This document shows positions 9,093 to 10,984 of a stretch of 10,984 bases of DNA, piece by piece. The stretch spans positions 1 through 10,984 of IMG/VR virus record IMGVR_UViG_2778261151_000017. One strand, written 5' to 3'. The number at the start of each line of letters is the position of its first letter. The stretch's first letter is position 1. The notes beneath the pieces were generated by a model that worked only from the letters and a program-made list of their open reading frames with translations, was not told where the DNA came from and ran no database searches. The stretch comes from a virus. Lineage: Duplodnaviria; Heunggongvirae; Uroviricota; Caudoviricetes. The translations under genes were made by a program, and so were the position numbers.

Positions 9093-9851
9093 TTAACATT
9101 CTGGATTTTTTATTTCTAAATCAGATAAAGCATTAATTCTTATTTTTTCTAAGGCTTTATCCATGGCCCCCTTGATTCTGTATCCATAATCATCCGGTTC
9201 TTCATATTCCTGTGGGGACGGATTTGTACCAATATTCTCAATTAATTCATTTAAAATAACTGTTACTTCTTTATTAAGAAGAACTGCTTTAGTTAACATC
9301 ATCTCTGTTAATGCTGTGAAGGCTAGGCTAAGTTTCTGTTGTAGCTCTTTATTTTTTAATTTAAGATCTTCATCGTTTAGTGCTTTATCACGGTCTTCGT
9401 GAGCCTGTTGTACTTCATCCCAAAACAGCTTTTCTTGTTCTTGATTAAAATATCCTTGATAACTATTGGCTACATATGTTGGCATCATGTGAATCTCAAT
9501 AATTTCAAATTCATTATCAGCCCATTTTTTTATACTAAGTAACTGAGTGTAAATGTACTCATACATATCGTACTTTTTTTGCCAGATTTGTTGAGAAATC
9601 CACAACTCAGAAGTAATCTTTTTTTCTATATCTTTGATAGTTGTTGTATTTAATGCTAACTGCTTTCTGAGTATTTCATAGTTAGCGTTGGTAGCAGAAA
9701 TTTTTGCTTTTTCAGTTATAAAAGAAACAATAAAGTTCACTATGAGAGCTGCAATAATAATAGCGAAGCTCAACCCTAAAATCTCTGTGGTTGAGAAATT
9801 AGATGACTGTAATGCTTTGATAAGTTCAAAAAACTGTTTTTCTGTGAGCAT
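9093..9851 (-). CDS. Hypothetical single-pass membrane protein, 252 aa, function unknown (accessory / candidate defence gene)
   Basis: An uninterrupted 252-codon ORF in DNA of about 22-40% GC, where stop codons are frequent by chance, so it is very likely real. A possible ribosome-binding site AAGG lies 4 nt before the ATG (9849-9851) on the - strand. It has one hydrophobic helix near the N-terminus (ILGLSFAIIIAALIVNFIVSFI, about residues 24-45), then a K/E/Q-rich, Trp/Tyr-containing region with coiled-coil character and an acidic C-terminal end. I see no Walker A, HEXXH, HNH or other catalytic motif. Confidence 0.78.
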   Translation of the reverse strand: MLTEKQFFELIKALQSSNFSTTEILGLSFAIIIAALIVNFIVSFITEKAKISATNANYEILRKQLALNTTTIKDIEKKITSELWISQQIWQKKYDMYEYIYTQLLSIKKWADNEFEIIEIHMMPTYVANSYQGYFNQEQEKLFWDEVQQAHEDRDKALNDEDLKLKNKELQQKLSLAFTALTEMMLTKAVLLNKEVTVILNELIENIGTNPSPQEYEEPDDYGYRIKGAMDKALEKIRINALSDLEIKNPEC

Positions 9852-9922
9852 GGTACCTTACCAAAAATTAAGACTGTTATCTATATAAAAATGTTACCCA
9901 AGAGGGATTGTAATGAAATAAC

Positions 9923-9944
9923 AAACCGGCACATTGGCCGGTTT
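9923..9944 (-). other. Intergenic hairpin between the two - strand genes (possible partial terminator, attenuator or processing site)
   Basis: aaaccggc (9923-9930), loop acattg, gccggttt (9937-9944) form an 8-bp stem. On the - strand it is followed by GTTATTTCATTA, which is T-rich but interrupted. I found no convincing sigma70 -35/-10 pair in the 97-nt spacer (9852-9948). Confidence 0.3.
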
Positions 9945-9949
9945 GAAGT

Positions 9950-10984
9950 TCAAGGGGGTGAGATTGTAGAGGCGTTACCTTGTTCTATCACACCAGACCT
10001 AATCTTATAACTACCAAGGATGTTGACCGTTTTATTATTTTTCATCGCGTCAAAAATTAAGCCTATTTCATCAGGATCATTGATAAAACTGGTATCAACA
10101 TAGATCGGGAATGAATCATCACCTGTTGGCTCATGGCAGCTTAACGTTAGCTTATCGGCTGAGCGTTTTATACTATCAATGACAACTTCCAATGTTTGCT
10201 GCTCTGACTTAGCCTTTTCAATTGGGTTCTTGATGATTTCTTGAACCTGACCTTGCGAAAGCTCAATATTGCTGGCCCCGCGGATCGTCACTTTGTCTGC
10301 ATCAGATGCACCTTTAAGAACTCCAGTGTATGCCTTAGCTGTGTGCTCTTGGATACCTTCGGCGCGCTCTATCGTATCAATACCTTCATGTGCTTTTATT
10401 GCAGACAGCATACCATCGCGTAGAATTGTCATCCGCTCGGATTCTGCTCGCTGTTTTGCTTCTTCCAGTTGTAACTCAATAGTTTTGGTTTCGACTTGTG
10501 TCTGATGATCTAAGTAGGACGTACCGACCCATGCGCCGCCTAAAACTAAGACAGCAAACAGGAAACACATTGTTTTCTGTCTTGGGCTCATACCTTGCGT
10601 TACCTTCTCAAATGCGTTACCAAAGGAATCAATAAGTTCTTTAACTGAGGTGATAATTTCTGTGCAGCCAGGATTGATAGTAAAAACCAACTCTGCAGCT
10701 TCTCGATCCTCAGCAGTGAGCTTCTGTAAGTTAGAGGTTTTGTACTTGATTAGAGTAAAAACCTTGTACATCTCAGTTTGAAATTCACAGATACCCTGTG
10801 CCAAACTTGCAGGCAGAGTACCATTATACTTATCTTCATCACCAAAAAATTTGAAATCAATACTTTCTAAGAAGTTTAACTTCAAATTTTCAATGTGGAT
10901 TTCTTCGCCTGAAATAACTCGTCCGAAAATATTTTCTATATCATCAATATCATTGATTTCATAGGCCTGAATTGCATCTTCCAT
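9950..10984 (-). CDS. Hypothetical membrane-anchored protein, 344 aa, function unknown (accessory / candidate defence gene)
   Basis: A 344-codon ORF on the - strand whose ATG is the last three bases of the window (10982-10984), so its promoter and ribosome-binding site are not visible. It has a highly acidic N-terminal region (MEDAIQAYEINDIDDIENIF...), one central hydrophobic helix (MCFLFAVLVLGGAWVGTSYL, about residues 138-157) preceded by basic residues (SPRQKT), then a charged segment with coiled-coil character (IELQLEEAKQRAESERMTILRDG...) and a C-terminal region (...GDDSFPIYVDTSFINDPDEIGLIFDAMKNNKTVNILGSYKIRSG...). I recognise no catalytic motif. Confidence 0.75.
   Translation of the reverse strand: MEDAIQAYEINDIDDIENIFGRVISGEEIHIENLKLNFLESIDFKFFGDEDKYNGTLPASLAQGICEFQTEMYKVFTLIKYKTSNLQKLTAEDREAAELVFTINPGCTEIITSVKELIDSFGNAFEKVTQGMSPRQKTMCFLFAVLVLGGAWVGTSYLDHQTQVETKTIELQLEEAKQRAESERMTILRDGMLSAIKAHEGIDTIERAEGIQEHTAKAYTGVLKGASDADKVTIRGASNIELSQGQVQEIIKNPIEKAKSEQQTLEVVIDSIKRSADKLTLSCHEPTGDDSFPIYVDTSFINDPDEIGLIFDAMKNNKTVNILGSYKIRSGVIEQGNASTISPP

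Noticed and set aside
9852-9949. Sigma70 promoter for the 252-aa gene in the spacer (TTGGGT as -35 with TATATA or TATAGA as -10 on the - strand)
   Set aside because: The spacing between the candidate hexamers is about 8-10 nt, far from the required 16-18, and no alternative pair fits, so it is not called as a promoter.
9688-10505. Short + strand ORFs antisense to the two accessory genes (9688-9888, 10241-10423, 10269-10505)
   Set aside because: At 60-78 aa and fully embedded antisense in much longer, well-supported - strand ORFs, they are most parsimoniously chance ORFs. An antisense small protein or RNA cannot be strictly excluded without expression data.
1-10984. CRISPR arrays, tRNA or rRNA genes, integrase, transposase or insertion-sequence ends
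   Set aside because: I saw no regularly spaced direct repeats, no cloverleaf-compatible 70-90 nt segment in the intergenic regions, and no ORF with recombinase or transposase motifs. The only repeats are the in-frame coding repeats within stf.

Overview
This window is the distal end of a lambda-like phage or prophage tail operon, followed by an AT-rich accessory locus. On the + strand are tail-tip assembly gene I (1-648), host-specificity gene J (709-4206), the moron lom (4277-4876), an intact long side-tail-fibre gene stf (4941-8342) and tail-fibre assembly gene tfa (8342-8926). These run about 55-63% GC in the lines I counted, and I recognise them from memory of the phage lambda proteins, not from a database search. 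After a hairpin at 8941-8973, GC drops to roughly 22-40% and two - strand genes appear (9950-10984, 344 aa; 9093-9851, 252 aa). Both encode predicted single-pass membrane proteins with coiled-coil-like, charged soluble regions and no catalytic motif I can assign. This is the position where lambda carries its dispensable b-region, and it is the strongest candidate here for an undescribed accessory module, possibly anti-phage or superinfection exclusion. I saw no tRNA, rRNA, CRISPR array, integrase or transposase.
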